Assembly (NCBI GenBank): GCA_001819815.1 | Contig: MHNO01000009.1 | Coordinates: forward strand, 71,734-135,733 | From: Candidatus Ryanbacteria bacterium RIFCSPHIGHO2_02_FULL_45_17b | GTDB lineage: Bacteria > Patescibacteriota > Minisyncoccia > Ryanbacterales > 2-02-FULL-48-12 | Length of the DNA: 64,000 bases | Reading direction: 5' to 3' | Shown here: piece by piece, positions 60,997 to 64,000 of the stretch | How positions within the stretch are numbered: position 1 is the stretch's first letter | Layout of the letters: each line of letters opens with the position of its first letter | Position numbers and translations under genes: made by a program | The notes under the pieces: model-generated | Told to the model about the DNA's origin: nothing | Databases searched by the model: none | What the model saw: the letters and a program-made list of their open reading frames with translations, nothing else

Positions 60997-61023
60997 ATAT
61001 TTTATAAGTTAGTTAATAATCTT

Positions 61024-63078
61024 CTATATGTCCAAATTCTTTACTGCTTTTGCGTGTGTTTGAATAAATGATTTTCGGGGCGCAACTTCGTCGCCCATGA
61101 GAATATCAAAAATATGGTCGGCTTCCGCCGCATCCCGAATGCTTACGCGCAATAACAACCTCTGCGCGGGATCCATAGTAGTTTCCCAAAGCTGATCCGG
61201 ATTCATCTCACCCAACCCTTTATACCGTTGGATATTAAATCCTTTATATGTCTCTCCAATACCCGATTCTCCGGATTGCTCTCCCTTAGATTCTGTGTCC
61301 ATATCTTCTTCTTGTGTTTTATGTTTTACGTTTTGCGCTTCGCGTTTTTCCTGCATCTCTTTTAATATGATTTCTTTTTGAGCATCCGAATACGCATAGC
61401 GAAACTCCCGCCCACGGCTTATTTTATAAAGCGGCGGCTGGGCTATATATAAGTATCCCGCTTCCACAACCGGCCGGTAATACCGATAAAACAATGTTAG
61501 CAACAATGTGCGAATATGGGCGCCATCCACGTCTGCATCGGTCATAATTACGATTTTGTGATAGCGAATTTTTTCCAAGCTAAACTCCTCCGCAATAGCG
61601 GCCCCAAGCGCGATAACAAGCGATTTAATTTCTTTGGACGCAAGCATTTTATCCAGCCGCGCCCGTTCCACGTTTAATATCTTTCCTCGTAGAGGCAAAA
61701 TTGCCTGCGTGCGCCGATCGCGAGCACCCTTGGCACTACCACCGGCGCTATCTCCCTCCACAATGAAGATTTCCGATTCTTCCGCGCTCTTTGACTGACA
61801 ATCGGCAAGTTTTCCGGGGAGCGTCATTCCTTCTAAAATACCTTTGCGTAAAATAGTATCTTTGGCGGCTTTGGCGGCTTTGCGCGCTTTGGAAGCAAGA
61901 ATAACTTTACCCGCGATAGCACGCGCATCCGCGGGGTTTTCTTCCAAATACGAGGAAAACAATTCCGCAAAACAAGATTCCACCGCGGTACGCGCCTCGG
62001 GATTTCCTAACTTTGATTTCGTTTGTCCTTCAAACTGTGTTTCTCTTAATTTTACCGAGACAACAACCGTAAGTCCTTCACGCACATCTTCCCCAATCAA
62101 ATTTTCTTCATCTTGTTTTAAGTAACTATTTTTTCGGGAATAATCATTTAACACACGCGTGAGCGCGGTGCGAAAGCCCGTAATATGCATGCCTCCCTCG
62201 GGGGTGTGTATATTATTCGCAAATCCCATTTCGCGCGCCTGCAAGTCATCAGCATACTGCAACGCGATTTCAATTTGAATATCGTTTACTGTTTTCTCCG
62301 CGTAAAAAACCGTGTCGTGAATGACGGTGATATCACGATTCAAATGCTTTACAAACGACTTGATGCCGCCTTCAAAATAGAACGCGTATTTGTGCTCGTT
62401 TGCGGCATCGCTTTTTCGTTGATCATGAAATGAAATACGAACACCGCGCGTAAGATATGCCTGTTGGCGAAGTTTATCAAGTACGCGCTTTTCGTTAAAT
62501 TCAATCTCGCTGAATATCTGCGGATCAGGCTCAAACAGAATAGTGGTGCCATTCGCGCCGCACTTACCGACTTTTTTTACATCTGCTTTTGGTTTTCCGC
62601 GCTCGTATTCCTGGGCATATAAACTCCCCTCTTTGCATACTTCTGCGCGCATATACACGGAAAGCGCGTTTACCACCGACGCTCCCACGCCATGCAAACC
62701 GCCCGATACTTTATATGCTTCTCCGCCAAATTTTCCGCCCGCGTGAAGCGTGGTCATAATAGTTTCGAGAGCAGATTTTTTTGTCTGTTTATGAATATCT
62801 ACCGGAATACCGCGGCCATCATCAGACACGCGAACTTGGTTTTTTGGAAGAAGAACAATTTCAATATTCTTTGCGTGTCCCGCCATGGCTTCATCTATTG
62901 AATTGTCCACTATCTCCCAAATGAGATGATGCAATCCATCCGGTCCGGTAGAGCCAATATACATGCCCGGGCGCTTGCGTACCGGCTCTAGCCCTTCCAA
63001 CACAAAAATATCCTTCGCGCCGTAGTCGGAAGATGAACTTGCTTCAGATTTTTTCTCTTTGGATTCTTTTTTAGCCAT
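61024..63078 (-). CDS. gyrB: DNA gyrase subunit B
   Basis: VRKRPGMYIG, EGDSAGG, PLRGK, MTDADVDG, QRYKGLGEM. Confidence 0.98.
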   Translation of the reverse strand: MAKKESKEKKSEASSSSDYGAKDIFVLEGLEPVRKRPGMYIGSTGPDGLHHLIWEIVDNSIDEAMAGHAKNIEIVLLPKNQVRVSDDGRGIPVDIHKQTKKSALETIMTTLHAGGKFGGEAYKVSGGLHGVGASVVNALSVYMRAEVCKEGSLYAQEYERGKPKADVKKVGKCGANGTTILFEPDPQIFSEIEFNEKRVLDKLRQQAYLTRGVRISFHDQRKSDAANEHKYAFYFEGGIKSFVKHLNRDITVIHDTVFYAEKTVNDIQIEIALQYADDLQAREMGFANNIHTPEGGMHITGFRTALTRVLNDYSRKNSYLKQDEENLIGEDVREGLTVVVSVKLRETQFEGQTKSKLGNPEARTAVESCFAELFSSYLEENPADARAIAGKVILASKARKAAKAAKDTILRKGILEGMTLPGKLADCQSKSAEESEIFIVEGDSAGGSAKGARDRRTQAILPLRGKILNVERARLDKMLASKEIKSLVIALGAAIAEEFSLEKIRYHKIVIMTDADVDGAHIRTLLLTLFYRYYRPVVEAGYLYIAQPPLYKISRGREFRYAYSDAQKEIILKEMQEKREAQNVKHKTQEEDMDTESKGEQSGESGIGETYKGFNIQRYKGLGEMNPDQLWETTMDPAQRLLLRVSIRDAAEADHIFDILMGDEVAPRKSFIQTHAKAVKNLDI

Positions 63079-63295
63079 GAGTAGTTGTATTGTTTGTATT
63101 TGCTTGCTTCGTCAGTACAAAAATATAAAAAATTTCAAGCAAGCCCATTGTGTTTATAAGTAAAAGCGCAACAAACCATCCGCGCTCATTTCGGCGGGCC
63201 GCCTTCCAAAGTGCTACTGCTTTCCATGGCAACGTCCATAAAGCAATAAGCAAAAATACCCACCAAAACTGTTTAACAAAAATTTCCACATACAT
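63071..63295 (-). CDS. DUF5652-like small membrane protein
   Basis: WTLPWKAVALWKAAR..WF..INTMGLLEI. Confidence 0.8.
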   Translation of the reverse strand: MYVEIFVKQFWWVFLLIALWTLPWKAVALWKAARRNERGWFVALLLINTMGLLEIFYIFVLTKQANTNNTTTHG

Positions 63296-63415
63296 AGATA
63301 TAAATATTTTATCACCTTTTCTAAACACCAGCACTATTGACAAATAGCACACGTTGTGCATAATAGAGACAAATCTACAAGGAGGATGAGGTATTCACCC
63401 TAAAGGAGGTTCGTT

Positions 63416-63691
63416 GTGAGCTATGAGAAATACATTCTCCGTCTCATTCTAGAAATTCCGCTTTCAGAATTTGACGGCGATATGCGTATGCCAACTCGCT
63501 TGGAAACGTCCATGCGCGTGGCAAATGTGCATACACTTCGGGAAATATTCACGCAATACCAAAATCAGGCAGCTCTTTTGTCAGCCACGCAAGTCGGTAA
63601 AAAAACGGTGCGAGATTTTGTCGCGATTCTTATGGAGCTTGAGAAACGTCATGGCGTTCGCTTTGATTGGTTAGAACATCCAAAGACCTAA
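63416..63691 (+). CDS. Stand-alone RNA polymerase alpha-CTD-like protein
   Basis: MPTRLETSMRVANVHTLREI...LLSATQVGKKTVRDF resembles the alpha-CTD HhH pattern; AAGGAGG SD; TTGACA..CATAAT upstream. Confidence 0.6.
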   Translation: MSYEKYILRLILEIPLSEFDGDMRMPTRLETSMRVANVHTLREIFTQYQNQAALLSATQVGKKTVRDFVAILMELEKRHGVRFDWLEHPKT

Positions 63692-63716
63692 CCAAAATCA
63701 GGAAAGGAGTACTCTG

Positions 63717-64000
63717 ATGAGTAACACATTATTTCTGGAAGAAAAGTTGTTTGGCGCACAGGAAGAAACAAAGCGCAACTTGGATGCACTGGTTGCATCC
63801 TGTGGAAAACACCCGACCGAAGAAGATGAGGAGAAAATTATAACCCTCAAAATCAAGTTGGATACTCTACAAAAGATTGCACTCATTAACTCTCTTGTGG
63901 AGTATGGCGAAAGCTCCACAGAACTTGAGAAGATGTGTGTACCAGAGACACCCGGTGTAGTGCATATGTACGGGTGTAACGCGCTCGAGTACATCGAGCT
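63717..64000 (+). CDS. Hypothetical protein, truncated by the window edge
   Basis: AAAGGAG SD; open frame MSNTLFLEEKLFG... to the window end. Confidence 0.6.
   Translation, partial: MSNTLFLEEKLFGAQEETKRNLDALVASCGKHPTEEDEEKIITLKIKLDTLQKIALINSLVEYGESSTELEKMCVPETPGVVHMYGCNALEYIE

Overview
Chromosomal segment of a Patescibacteria/CPR bacterium, most like Parcubacteria, using genetic code 11. Most genes are on the minus strand. Core genes include rarA, a MacAB/LolCDE-like ABC system, holB, mreB, murA, murC, def-fmt, gap, trxB, a complete F1Fo operon (atpBEFHAGDC), bcp, rlpA, pepA, mutY, secDF, secE-nusG-rplK (no rplA next to it) and gyrB. I saw no rRNA, tRNA, CRISPR array, integrase or transposase. 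The main signal is two cassette arrays anchored on duplicated ends of essential genes. (1) Between atpA and atpG lie about 5.4 kb of accessory DNA, punctuated by three partial copies of the first ~25 codons of atpG. Each copy is followed by a promoter-like -10 box and a toxin-antitoxin-like pair, and two modules also carry a pilin-like gene with a constant N-terminus and variable C-terminus. (2) Downstream of gyrB lie about 3.5 kb punctuated by two copies of the last 10-14 codons of gyrB, with vapBC and ORFans. Also present are palindromic repeats inserted in frame in fmt, a GT-C glycosyltransferase and atpG, a dispersed nested-hairpin element, a candidate small RNA, a 25-aa basic peptide gene, and a recurring leaderless-promoter signature.
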